Of a DNA stretch of 28,726 nucleotides, positions 1 through 8,809 are shown piece after piece; the first letter of the stretch is position 1; each line of letters begins with the position of its first letter. A program made the translations under genes and the position numbers. The stretch comes from a virus (lineage: Duplodnaviria > Caudoviricetes), in the IMG/VR virus record IMGVR_UViG_3300009152_000160, positions 1-28,726 of that record; one strand, 5' to 3'. Under the pieces are notes generated by a model, which searched no databases, was not told the DNA's origin, and worked only from the letters and a program-made list of their open reading frames with translations.

Positions 1-123
1 ACAAGGGTAAATATCACTCTTGTCTTTTCTTACTGAATTATGAGTAAAGATTCCGTTTTCCCCTCGCAAAGCTCTTTTGTCTATATCAAATATAGTAGAA
101 TAGTAAGTGCGAGGTATCTTATA
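1..123 (+). repeat. Terminal direct repeat, left copy (circular assembly overlap)
   Basis: 1-123 is identical to 28604-28726 and lies inside the endolysin ORF. Confidence 0.97.
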
Positions 124-615
124 TTGGTCACATAAGTAGACTAGCAGTTGTCGAGTAGACTCTATTTGTGCATCTGTATAAGCCTGCCAATAAATATGTC
201 CCTTGTATTTAATTGGTAGTTCGGTTACCTGCGTATAATCTACTTTGCCACCAACATAGTTGTAGTAGTAGCCATTTCTTTTTGTAAGTGGCCCATAGTT
301 ACAAATTTCAATAGCTACCGATATTTTATCTAGACTCTTGTATGGTACTCCTGACTCAGTAAACACTTCCTGCTTAAGTCCTAAGTGATACGCCCAATTT
401 TTAGAGCTAAAACATTGCACGATTGTACCATTACTATCTATGATAAACGCTGTCGCTACCTTGCCCTCTTGACTGTTAAAGAATTTAGCCACATTAACAG
501 CTGATGGCCCACCTGCAGTATGATGCAAATAGATTTGTTTTTTGTCAGTAATCTCGTCAACAAATTGGTCTTTAGATAGACGGTGTTGAACTATCTTGGT
601 TATGTCTAATTCCAT
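1..615 (-). CDS. Endolysin, N-acetylmuramoyl-L-alanine amidase (Amidase_2 type), 5' part; 215 aa across the junction; missing from the ORF track
   Basis: Manual translation from ATG 615: MELDITKIVQHRLSKDQF...IYLHHTAGG...WAYHLG...SVAIEICNYG...YTDAQIES...IFTHNSVRKDKSDIYPC. Zn-amidase HHT, His and Asp motifs. Continues in frame at 28603. Confidence 0.92.
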   Translation of the reverse strand, partial: MELDITKIVQHRLSKDQFVDEITDKKQIYLHHTAGGPSAVNVAKFFNSQEGKVATAFIIDSNGTIVQCFSSKNWAYHLGLKQEVFTESGVPYKSLDKISVAIEICNYGPLTKRNGYYYNYVGGKVDYTQVTELPIKYKGHIYWQAYTDAQIESTRQLLVYLCDQYKIPRTYYSTIFDIDKRALRGENGIFTHNSVRKDKSDIYPC

Positions 616-1063
616 TTAAATCTTGTTTAATTTCTTTAGAGCGTTGTAGTAATTGCTTAAAAGCTGACCATATGTCGATGCCTTTTACGGCTTTTATGTT
701 CTCATTAATGGAGATGACCTCTATACTACAAAGTACTAGAGATAGAATTTTTGTGAGCATTAAAGGTATACTGAAAAAAACTAGAATTATATCGTTGAGT
801 ATCCAATAATCTATAAGATAAAATCCAATTACTGCCACCTCATATAAAAACAATTTTGATACAATTGCCGAAAGCTTTCGTGATGTAATAGGTATTCCTA
901 GTTTTTTAGCTTTCCAAATACCTGTTAGCGTATCTACAATAATCGCAAAACCAATTAAAAATAATATACCGGATATAGGTAAAAAGAAAGCACCTATAAC
1001 GGCTAATAGTTGAACCATTGATTGTTTAATTGAAGTTAATAAGATAGCTAATTGCATTCTCAT
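572..1063 (-). CDS. Holin (phage holin family 4-like)
   Basis: Several hydrophobic segments; DTLTGIWKA and EVISINENI motifs; directly upstream of and overlapping the amidase. Confidence 0.85.
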   Translation of the reverse strand: MRMQLAILLTSIKQSMVQLLAVIGAFFLPISGILFLIGFAIIVDTLTGIWKAKKLGIPITSRKLSAIVSKLFLYEVAVIGFYLIDYWILNDIILVFFSIPLMLTKILSLVLCSIEVISINENIKAVKGIDIWSAFKQLLQRSKEIKQDLNGIRHNQDSSTPSI

Positions 1064-1626
1064 AAGATAAGTATAGCGTTATTGTATCCGTTCTCTAAGA
1101 AATTACCACATAAACCTGTGCAAGTAAGTTGATAAGGTGTAATACAATTACAATGGTTAAACATTGGTCGTAAATCAGTATCAGTATTAGTAGCTGAAAT
1201 AAAAATAGGAAATAGATTCTTGTTAGTTAGTAGCCATCTTATAAGCCTTTGTTCAAAGAATGATGCCTTTTGAGCGTAGTGTTCCATTCCAAAAGCTACC
1301 TCGTTCCTAGATACACTAGCAGAATAGTCTCCGTTTTGTGTTTGCAAACCTTTGTTCTTAAGTTGATAAGTTAAGCCAAAGACAGCATCTTCTGCACTTC
1401 TCCAAGCAATAACAGGCTGAATAAATTCAACTAAATCTATTTCGTCAGGAGTTAAGGTTTGAGCATTGTATGCCGTTAACATATGATTGTAAAAAGTAGT
1501 ACCTAGTATTGGTTGTATTCTTAGAGCAGCTTGAGTAGCGATGTATGGAGTAACATCTGTTACGTCTACGTTAGCAGTTATAGGAGTGTTTACCTTTAAG
1601 TAAGTTTCAGTGATAAAATATAACAT
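1060..1626 (-). CDS. Putative head-tail adaptor/connector protein
   Basis: 188 aa directly after the portal; IQPILGTTFY and LKNKGLQ motifs resemble adaptors of Bacteroidota phages. Confidence 0.55.
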   Translation of the reverse strand: MLYFITETYLKVNTPITANVDVTDVTPYIATQAALRIQPILGTTFYNHMLTAYNAQTLTPDEIDLVEFIQPVIAWRSAEDAVFGLTYQLKNKGLQTQNGDYSASVSRNEVAFGMEHYAQKASFFEQRLIRWLLTNKNLFPIFISATNTDTDLRPMFNHCNCITPYQLTCTGLCGNFLENGYNNAILIL

Positions 1627-2921
1627 TATAGTGTAGGTGTTATAGGGGTTATTTCAATTGGGGGCAAATCTGCTAAAGCTCGTATCTCGTTTGGTGTCAT
1701 ATTATCTAAAATTTTCTGAGCTACTGTAGGGTGCATAGCGCTTATTAAGTTATTAATTCTAGAAGCGTCACCTTCAAGTTCTACGATTGAATCATCTATT
1801 ATCTGAAAGTTATTTATTGTAAATTCAGCAGGTATCTTAGAGATTGTTAGTAACTCGTTGAAAATATGTTGAACGCAACTTCTAAGTTCCATTACTACAT
1901 TCTTCTCAAAGATGACATACGCCTGCTTAATATCTGCACCACCACCTAAGCTACCGGTAGTACGTACTCCCATTAATATTGGGTCAATCGTATGTGCAAA
2001 ACATATTTGTTCCGTGTTAAGCTGTGAAGCTTCCTGAAACAAACTGTCATTGCCATTAGTTGGCATTGCTTCTATTTTAGGAAGTTGCTCAGCAGAATTG
2101 GCAAAAAAGGCAACAGCTTTTCCTGCGTTGGCTGCTCCTTTCATTCGGTCTATGGTTTCTTTAATCATATGCTTTTCTTCTTCGCTTTGTGGTCTTTTTG
2201 GGAACATCATAGCAAAGCTAGGAAAAACACTATTTTGAATATTAGACTTAGCAAAGTACGAAAGCTCTCCACTCAAAAATGCAAAATTTAGACAAGAACT
2301 GTATTGAGGCAAACTATAAAAATCTTGACCCAAAGACTTAATTTCGTAACAATATAGTTGTTCGTAATCTGAACAAGAAACGTGATAAGGTTTAATACTT
2401 GTAATTTCTATATTGGTAGACCAATCATCACATAAGTAATACATCTCTTTAAATCTAGATATCCTTACTTTTTCAGGTGATATGTTTTCAATCTTGATAA
2501 GTTTTTTATTATTGTCAAAGCATAACTTGAAATATATTCTATTGTGTACAATAAGTTGTTTTGTAACTGCCTTAACTATGTGCTTAAGTTTCGTTTTTCT
2601 CTCAAACATATACAAATCTAATTTTTCAGGAGTTGTTAACTTATCAGTAGCTAAAGTAAATCCACCACCTATAACTGCATTTGTTTTATAGTCAACAATC
2701 GCACCGTGCAAAGGACTAGCGTAATACATTTGGTTAAGGAGTTCAGGATATAAATTGTCATTTCCAAAACGAACCCACATATTAGTTGAGTATCTACCAT
2801 TGACATAAGGTAGTGTCAAATTACCTTTGCCTACAGGTAAGAATGGAGTTGAGAAAGATTGATAACCCTCAAGCGTTTCCATCGTTTTATTTTCTTTCTT
2901 AAAAAAGTTGTACCAAGCCAT
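1626..2921 (-). CDS. Portal protein
   Basis: 431 aa; SPLHGAIVDYK, GAANAGK, ICFAHTIDPILMG and MTPNEIRAL motifs typical of HK97-like portals. Confidence 0.88.
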   Translation of the reverse strand: MAWYNFFKKENKTMETLEGYQSFSTPFLPVGKGNLTLPYVNGRYSTNMWVRFGNDNLYPELLNQMYYASPLHGAIVDYKTNAVIGGGFTLATDKLTTPEKLDLYMFERKTKLKHIVKAVTKQLIVHNRIYFKLCFDNNKKLIKIENISPEKVRISRFKEMYYLCDDWSTNIEITSIKPYHVSCSDYEQLYCYEIKSLGQDFYSLPQYSSCLNFAFLSGELSYFAKSNIQNSVFPSFAMMFPKRPQSEEEKHMIKETIDRMKGAANAGKAVAFFANSAEQLPKIEAMPTNGNDSLFQEASQLNTEQICFAHTIDPILMGVRTTGSLGGGADIKQAYVIFEKNVVMELRSCVQHIFNELLTISKIPAEFTINNFQIIDDSIVELEGDASRINNLISAMHPTVAQKILDNMTPNEIRALADLPPIEITPITPTL

Positions 2922-2924
2922 AAT

Positions 2925-3275
2925 TTAGTCGTATATTGAAGTTCCTACCGGCCCACTAACTACCATTCGACCTTCTTCTATCACTACTCCTGTTGATTGT
3001 GCAATGGTTAAAGGTAAAACGTATGGTACTGAGCTTTGATAAATCTGATATGTAAATTGCCCTTGCTTTAATGGAATGTCTATCGGCTCATTTAAGACAA
3101 AAAGATTGTATCTTTCGGGCCATAAGCTTGTGTCAGCAGTTGTAAATAATTTAGTACTGCTAGTAGTATTCATCTCATTGGTAAAAGCAAAAAGATAATG
3201 GGGAGTAGGTACAGTTGTGACCTCTGTTAAAGTTAAAACTATTTGATTTACTACGCCCTGCTCAATGTATATCAT
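2925..3275 (-). CDS. Virion structural protein (possible head-closure protein)
   Basis: 116 aa, beta-rich (GQFTYQIY, IEEGRMVV), between tail tube and portal, with its own late promoter. Confidence 0.5.
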   Translation of the reverse strand: MIYIEQGVVNQIVLTLTEVTTVPTPHYLFAFTNEMNTTSSTKLFTTADTSLWPERYNLFVLNEPIDIPLKQGQFTYQIYQSSVPYVLPLTIAQSTGVVIEEGRMVVSGPVGTSIYD

Positions 3276-3305
3276 ACCTATATTATATCTTTACTTTCAA
3301 ATGTT
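3276..3305 (-). promoter_or_regulatory. Late promoter motif copy 1 (AACA-N16-TAATATAG-GT-ATG)
   Basis: Same boxes and spacing as four other copies; abuts the ATG at 3275. Confidence 0.8.
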
Positions 3306-3312
3306 TATAAAT

Positions 3313-3338
3313 AAAAAAAGCCCCACAATTGTAGGGCT
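3313..3338 (-). terminator. Rho-independent terminator after the tail tube gene
   Basis: AGCCCTAC-AATT-GTGGGGCT hairpin followed by a T run on the minus strand. Confidence 0.8.
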
Positions 3339-3360
3339 GATTTTAAGCGTTTTATTCGTA

Positions 3361-3903
3361 TTAAGAAATACCAATAGCAGATAATGCAGCAGGTAGCATA
3401 TTGACCTCATAGGCCAAGTATTCATTTTCAGAAACGAGTGTAACTTGGTATTTAGAACCATCGGCACGAGCTTGGCCGGAGCCTTCAGCAACAGCTGTTA
3501 CTTGTAAATATGGGAAGTACCAATAAATACCATTAGCATCTAAAATTACTGCAGTTAAATACTGCTGTCCTGAACCAAGAATTTTGATAGCTCTAGACTT
3601 ATCTGCTTCTCTTCGTTGGAACATTAAGTTAATAGTCGCAGTAACAAATGAACTACCATTGATTAAATCAATTGCAGCATCTTCAGTGTAGCTAGATGTA
3701 TTTCTACGAATATATAAATTTTCAAACAATACAGGCGGAGCTTGTAAAGTGATAGCTGTGATAGACCATCCGGCAACGGCAGATGGGTCTACAGGTGTGA
3801 TAGATGCGATTTCATCTTGTTGGTTTATCCATATTCCGTAGATACCACCACTATTTGAATCGCAACTCTTTAAAATCGCCTCTAAGGCTTGACAAGTTGG
3901 CAT
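3361..3903 (-). CDS. Major tail tube protein (putative)
   Basis: 180 aa; N-terminal C..SGGI motif, beta-rich, GSGQARADGSKYQVTL; follows the capsid gene. Confidence 0.65.
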   Translation of the reverse strand: MPTCQALEAILKSCDSNSGGIYGIWINQQDEIASITPVDPSAVAGWSITAITLQAPPVLFENLYIRRNTSSYTEDAAIDLINGSSFVTATINLMFQRREADKSRAIKILGSGQQYLTAVILDANGIYWYFPYLQVTAVAEGSGQARADGSKYQVTLVSENEYLAYEVNMLPAALSAIGIS

Positions 3904-3920
3904 AATTTTTTAGTTTTATA

Positions 3921-3942
3921 TAAAGGGAGTTGCCTCCCTCTA
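3921..3942 (-). terminator. Hairpin or weak terminator between capsid and tail tube genes
   Basis: AGGGAG-GCAA-CTCCCT (GNRA loop) followed by a short TTATAT tract. Confidence 0.55.
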
Positions 3943-3962
3943 TGAGTGAATATTAAGAATAA

Positions 3963-4898
3963 TTAAGAATAGAAAACGATGTCTTTACCATTTACATAGT
4001 CAAAGCCAATTTTCATATTCGCACGAGTACGGATATAAGGCTCAGCTACTGTATCAGATAAGTTTACAGCTCTCAAGTCAGATGGGTCACCTTCACCGTC
4101 AAAAAGATAAACGAGATTGTCTTTTAGCGTCATTACAAAAGTGTTGTTTGACATACCCGGACAAAGAACAATCTTAATTCCTAAGTAAGTTAAAGCTAAA
4201 TCTTGAGTAATAAAAGCTTGAGTGTTACCTGCAGCCACACCTCGACGATAAATGTTTACCAATTGTGTCGGTAAATAGAAACGTAAATCAGCTGTTCTAG
4301 ATGCGATAGAAGCAGGTACTAAAGCGTAAGCAGCATCTAATTTAGTTAATAAAGTAGCAAAGGTAAGAATTGCACCTGTACCACCATTGATAACTGTATC
4401 AGTTGGAGCAGTTAAACCTGCAGTAAGAGCTACCTCATAACCATCACATAAAGAAAGTGGGCCACTTGGTAAAGAAGAATCACCTTGCCATCTCAAAGTC
4501 TCGATTGAGCCATTGATAGAGTTCGCCATCTCAGACCAATAAAAAGACATAAAAGATGCAACAGAGAAATCTCCGTTTGAACCTGCTGCCATTTGCAAAG
4601 AAACGAATGACTGCTCTAGGTCAAATTGGCAAATCTGAGCCATACTAGACAAAGCACATACCGACATTTTTTTAGCGGTTAGCTCATCAGTTGGCGCAGT
4701 AAAAGCACAAGTTGAAGGCTGTAAAATATCTCCAAAAGATACTGTGCCAATTTTTACCTCGAATTTTACACCCGGAAGTGTGCGAAAGTTGTCAACGATG
4801 TCACTTGAACCCAAGTAAGCTTGAGCGTAAAAGCTCTCTGCATTTGGTGTAAGGGTTGCCCCTGCACCATTGTTTAAATCAAATCTTAATTTTCTCAT
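3963..4898 (-). CDS. Major capsid protein
   Basis: 311 aa after the protease/scaffold; LRWQGD and LSLCDG motifs, C-terminal RANMKIGFDYVNGKDIVFY. Confidence 0.85.
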   Translation of the reverse strand: MRKLRFDLNNGAGATLTPNAESFYAQAYLGSSDIVDNFRTLPGVKFEVKIGTVSFGDILQPSTCAFTAPTDELTAKKMSVCALSSMAQICQFDLEQSFVSLQMAAGSNGDFSVASFMSFYWSEMANSINGSIETLRWQGDSSLPSGPLSLCDGYEVALTAGLTAPTDTVINGGTGAILTFATLLTKLDAAYALVPASIASRTADLRFYLPTQLVNIYRRGVAAGNTQAFITQDLALTYLGIKIVLCPGMSNNTFVMTLKDNLVYLFDGEGDPSDLRAVNLSDTVAEPYIRTRANMKIGFDYVNGKDIVFYS

Positions 4899-4909
4899 TT
4901 TGTTTGTTT

Positions 4910-5863
4910 TTATTTGTTTGTGTTAAATTTATTAAAGTTACTTAATCTTTGCTGTACACTCAATGCTACAGCCTCCTCCATTACCACTTCTTCTTCTGTT
5001 TCTACTACAAGTGATTCTTCTAGTTGATTTTTTAAATCAGCTATCATAGCAACTAATGCGTCAACTTGTTCTGTAATTAATGGGCGAACTATTTCTAGTA
5101 TAGCTTCAGCATCCATTGCAGGGTCAACAGCCATTGTTTCCTCTTCTACCACTTCCTCCTCTTCTACTACAGTATCAGCTAGTTCAGCCTCAACTACTTC
5201 TTTTTCTCTAATTTCGGTAATTTCACCACCAACAACAACGTAGATTTTGCCGTCAATTAAGTGTTCACCATCCGGTAATTTATTCATATTATTTAGTTTT
5301 AATTGTGTTTCTTCTTTTAACTTCATTCCTAGATAGCCTTCGATTGAAAAACCAACTTGACCATCTGCTACCAATTGAGCGTAGTATTCTTTATCAGTTA
5401 CTTGTGCCGTTACCATTAGTGTTCCTTCAGGTACTTCTATTCCAAAACTTGAGTATGCTTTGTCCTCTTTAGGAGTGTCTACAATCCAAGCTTCTAAAAT
5501 ATATGCCGGTACTGTCTTTTCAGTGTCGTGTTCTAAATTGAATAAATCTTTGTTACTCATATCCTTCATAAATTTGGAATGAATCTTTTCGATTTCTTCT
5601 ATCGTAAACTTTACGTAATACTCCTTTCCATCTTCGTCATCTTTACGATAAATCTCCATAGGTATGAGGGCAGGCGCAACTATTCGATATTTTATGTCAT
5701 CGGTAAAAATCATTGGTTTAGCCTGAGAATTGAAAGCTAGGCCCATCACTCTTATGGCAGGAGTTGATGTGAAGGCGATTTGTTCAATGCCTAAATCTTC
5801 TCCATTTTCAGAGTATTCGGGGTCAATCGTAATTTTATAAACAGGTAAATTATCTTTTGCCAT
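4910..5863 (-). CDS. Prohead protease (XkdF-like) fused to an acidic scaffold domain
   Basis: APALIP, FNLEH, EAWIV, PEGTLM and GFSIEG motifs; Glu-rich coiled-coil C-terminus. Confidence 0.8.
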   Translation of the reverse strand: MAKDNLPVYKITIDPEYSENGEDLGIEQIAFTSTPAIRVMGLAFNSQAKPMIFTDDIKYRIVAPALIPMEIYRKDDEDGKEYYVKFTIEEIEKIHSKFMKDMSNKDLFNLEHDTEKTVPAYILEAWIVDTPKEDKAYSSFGIEVPEGTLMVTAQVTDKEYYAQLVADGQVGFSIEGYLGMKLKEETQLKLNNMNKLPDGEHLIDGKIYVVVGGEITEIREKEVVEAELADTVVEEEEVVEEETMAVDPAMDAEAILEIVRPLITEQVDALVAMIADLKNQLEESLVVETEEEVVMEEAVALSVQQRLSNFNKFNTNK

Positions 5864-5893
5864 ACCTATATTATATTTATTTATATATTTGTA
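5864..5893 (-). promoter_or_regulatory. Late promoter motif copy 2 (TACA-N16-TAATATAG-GT-ATG)
   Basis: Abuts the protease ATG at 5863. Confidence 0.8.
5884..5891 (+). promoter_or_regulatory. Bacteroidota housekeeping-sigma -7 element (TATATTTG) for the plus-strand gene pair
   Basis: Matches TAnnTTTG, 16 nt upstream of ATG 5908; no well-spaced -33 box. Confidence 0.6.
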
Positions 5894-5907
5894 AAAAAAT
5901 AAAAACT

Positions 5908-6453
5908 ATGATAACTATTTTAGGAAAAGAAATTCCAAACCAACTTGACGAATTGACAATAGACCAATTTGAAGTAATAACAGAGCTAAGCAACAATAAG
6001 GAGCTTGATGCTGTAGATAGGCATCTGCAGATTTTTGGTAGCTTAGGCTTAGCTGAAAGTGAGTTTTACGATGTCGATGTGGCTGACTTTATCGAGTATA
6101 CAAATCAGTTCAACACTATACCTGAGATTGAGTACCCTACGATTTCTCAAATTGAATTAGCAGGTTACAACTATACTGCAGAACTTAAGATGACAGTTCG
6201 AGACACTAAGCTAATTGAAAAGATAGCCATATCGAAACCAAAAGGATACATATCAGATATACTAGCAATTTTCTTTAAAAGAGATGACCTTACACCTGCA
6301 GAACATTACGCTGAAGCCCACTTAAAATTAAAAGCTAAATTAATTAAGGAACTTAAGGCTAACATAGCTATCCCTTATTTACTCTTCATTACTAACAAGC
6401 TAATCAAACAAGTAGATAAAGTAGAAGATGTACTTGCCGAAGAAGTGGAGTGA
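5908..6453 (+). CDS. Putative tail assembly chaperone-like protein A (181 aa; start revised from 5857 to 5908)
   Basis: A-rich leader AAAAACT-ATG; IPNQLDELTIDQF motif; alignable by eye with the downstream protein. Confidence 0.55.
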   Translation: MITILGKEIPNQLDELTIDQFEVITELSNNKELDAVDRHLQIFGSLGLAESEFYDVDVADFIEYTNQFNTIPEIEYPTISQIELAGYNYTAELKMTVRDTKLIEKIAISKPKGYISDILAIFFKRDDLTPAEHYAEAHLKLKAKLIKELKANIAIPYLLFITNKLIKQVDKVEDVLAEEVE

Positions 6454-7165
6454 AATAACGCTTGAACAGTTTATTGAGATAAATGAGATAGACAAAAGTC
6501 AAGGAGCTAATAGCTATAATAGTGAGATGATTTCTATCGTTACTGATATGAGCTATGAAGAAGTAGATGAGTTAGACCTAGATGATATGGTAAAAATGAT
6601 TGCTGATATGAAGTGGTCAAATACAGAACCATCGAAACAATATAAGCATAATCTTCTAGGAATGAAAGTTAAGCCTTTTAGTAAACTTTGCTTATATGAG
6701 TATATAGACCTTGATTATTATTTTACCAATAATTACATAACTAACTTAGATAAGATTTGTGCTATCCTTTACAGGCAAACTAAGGTAAATGAGTGGGGTG
6801 AAGAAATAATTGAGCCATATGATTACGATTGTACTATTAGAGCAGATAAATTTTTAGACCTTCCAATTACAGAAGTATATGGTATTATTAATGAGTTCTT
6901 AAAGTTTCGTGACAACTTTCTAAATACATATAAAAATTTATTTAATGGCGAAGAGTTATCGGAATTATCAGAAGAAGAGAAAGAAGAACTTACAACTGAA
7001 GAATTGAAAGAGGAGGAGGATATTAAGAAAGAATCAAAATGGAGTTGGGAGCGTATGATATACGGCCTGTGTAATAATGATTTGACTAAATCTGAAGCAA
7101 TCGGAGCATTACCACTTACTTATGTGTTCAATATGTTGGGAATGAAAAAAGAATTAGACATCTAA
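6428..7165 (+). CDS. Putative tail assembly chaperone-like protein B (245 aa)
   Basis: LPKKWSEITLEQF N-terminus, acidic linker, C-terminal KWSWERMIYGL...LPLTYVFNML domain. Confidence 0.55.
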   Translation: MYLPKKWSEITLEQFIEINEIDKSQGANSYNSEMISIVTDMSYEEVDELDLDDMVKMIADMKWSNTEPSKQYKHNLLGMKVKPFSKLCLYEYIDLDYYFTNNYITNLDKICAILYRQTKVNEWGEEIIEPYDYDCTIRADKFLDLPITEVYGIINEFLKFRDNFLNTYKNLFNGEELSELSEEEKEELTTEELKEEEDIKKESKWSWERMIYGLCNNDLTKSEAIGALPLTYVFNMLGMKKELDI

Positions 7166-7170
7166 ACAAT

Positions 7171-7310
7171 AAAACACAAATACGTTTAAAATGCATTTTA
7201 AAGCGATTTAAGCAACTTTAATACTTTGGCGATAGATTATACATAAATATAAAGATAATGGAAAACTCAATAAACATAAGGCTTTTAGAGAGTGTAAATT
7301 TACAATTTAA
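7171..7310 (+). repeat. 140-bp intergenic element, copy 1
   Basis: 121/140 ungapped identity (manual count) to the reverse complement of 23493-23632; contains the perfect palindrome TTTAAAATGCATTTTAAA (7185-7202). Confidence 0.93.
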
Positions 7311-7329
7311 TAATTTATAAAAAGTAGAA

Positions 7330-7782
7330 TTATACATCTAGAGGATAGCCATCAACCCACGTTGCAGGAGCTTCTATCGGAAAGAATGAATATACGATAG
7401 CCTTTTGACCTTCATAAATTTTAGCAATGTCCATTATAGGATATTTTTGCGTAAGCCATTCAGTGTATTGTTGATATATTTCAGTAGTAATACCTGCAGC
7501 ATCTAGTTCTTGTGTGAATTGTCTGACCAAATCATAAGGTTCTATTACCCCACCATTCCATAAAGTAGCACCATTGTTAAGATACATAAAGTAATACATC
7601 GCTATTATTTCAATTTCTATGTTACCTAATGCAGGTACTTTAGCATTTATCCTTATACTATCTACAAGTGTACCTTCTTGAAATAGACCATTTGACATAA
7701 TTATTCTTTTTAATATGGCTGCCATTCTTCTTCTAGTAGGATAGAGAACATTGAAAGTTGCAGATACAGGATAATTCGCCAT
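7330..7782 (-). CDS. Putative tail completion/neck protein
   Basis: 150 aa; GTLVDSI and YFMYLNNG motifs resemble HK97 gp10-like proteins; structural context. Confidence 0.45.
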   Translation of the reverse strand: MANYPVSATFNVLYPTRRRMAAILKRIIMSNGLFQEGTLVDSIRINAKVPALGNIEIEIIAMYYFMYLNNGATLWNGGVIEPYDLVRQFTQELDAAGITTEIYQQYTEWLTQKYPIMDIAKIYEGQKAIVYSFFPIEAPATWVDGYPLDV

Positions 7783-8552
7783 TAGTAAATCATTAAATTA
7801 AGTCTTGTAATTGTTCCATCGTCTAGTAAAGTTGAGCATTGTATTGCTGCAATAAGGTAGTAAGGTGTAGCAAGTACATAAGCCACATTAGTCATAGCAC
7901 CGCTAGATGCATCTGTAGAAATGGGGTTAGTTGGTAGATAACATTGAAGTGAACTATTAGTAATGTAGAAATCTCTAGATACTCTTTGCATAAGTCCTGA
8001 GCCTGTCATATTTTGACCTTGAGCTATTTGAGTAGCACCCACTAAACTATTAATCGTGTTAATGTAGAATCTTACGTTAGTTGTACCTGCGCCTCCTACC
8101 TTACGAACTTGTGACCTAAGCTGTAGTACTTGAGTAGGTACTAAGGTATTAGCAGGTATAAGGATAGATGCACTAATGGTATTGGTGGTAGAATTGTTTA
8201 CTAATGTTCCGGTAGCATTTCCTACTGTAGTGTAAGGACTTGCACCTGCTATAACAATATCACCACTGCCTAGCAATGATGTTGAATTAATGGTCTTTAT
8301 GTTTGTTCCACTTACTAGCGTGTCTTGCTTAGCATTTAATGCACTTTGCAAATCAGTTTGAGCAGGTAGTAAACCTGTGATACTTCCCCAAGTTGCAGTG
8401 CCACCACTAGCAGCTGCGATAATCTGAGCGCCTGTAATAGTATTATTTACTTCTACACCTCCAATTATAGAAGTGCAATCAAGCAAATCTGTTGGCTGTA
8501 AATCTCCGATATGTGCAGGAGCTGTTAATCTCCAATTTCCCCACCAACCCAT
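7782..8552 (-). CDS. Putative fibre or appendage protein
   Basis: WGSITG...QTDLQSALNAKQDTLVSGTNIKTINSTSLLGSGDI shaft motif common in phage fibres; beta-rich C-terminal domain. Confidence 0.6.
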   Translation of the reverse strand: MGWWGNWRLTAPAHIGDLQPTDLLDCTSIIGGVEVNNTITGAQIIAAASGGTATWGSITGLLPAQTDLQSALNAKQDTLVSGTNIKTINSTSLLGSGDIVIAGASPYTTVGNATGTLVNNSTTNTISASILIPANTLVPTQVLQLRSQVRKVGGAGTTNVRFYINTINSLVGATQIAQGQNMTGSGLMQRVSRDFYITNSSLQCYLPTNPISTDASSGAMTNVAYVLATPYYLIAAIQCSTLLDDGTITRLNLMIY

Positions 8553-8554
8553 AG

Positions 8555-8809
8555 TTAATTAGTTATGTTTTGCCATTCTTGTAATACATCTTTTGAATTT
8601 CTACGCCCTCCTAATGTTGTTACTATATCCTCTAGATAATTTAAAGAGTTATCAGCATCACCTCCTTGAGCTAGTAAAATATCATACATTAGACATAGTG
8701 AGCGGTTAGTATTAACACCATAGTAATCAGCTATGCCAATTAGTAGGCTAGTATTATCATATCCTGTTACGCCTAGATTATCTGCTATTTGTTGTAGTGT
8801 GTTCGCCAT
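8555..8809 (-). CDS. Small late protein with short helical repeats
   Basis: 84 aa; repeats LQQIADNLG / LIGIADYYG / MYDILLAQG / LEDIVTTLG; preceded by the late promoter motif. Confidence 0.7.
   Translation of the reverse strand: MANTLQQIADNLGVTGYDNTSLLIGIADYYGVNTNRSLCLMYDILLAQGGDADNSLNYLEDIVTTLGGRRNSKDVLQEWQNITN

Noticed and set aside
1-123. Biological terminal repeat or att site
   Set aside because: It falls mid-gene and is an exact overlap typical of circular assembly; there is no integrase or host flank.
5857-5907. ORF-track N-terminal extension MPYLYYIYLYICKKIKT
   Set aside because: It overlaps the divergent gene start and promoters; ATG 5908 has a proper leader.
6420-6453. Programmed -1 frameshift joining the two plus-strand ORFs
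   Set aside because: The second ORF is in the +1 frame, has an in-frame TAG at 6422-6424, and there is no XXXYYYZ site.
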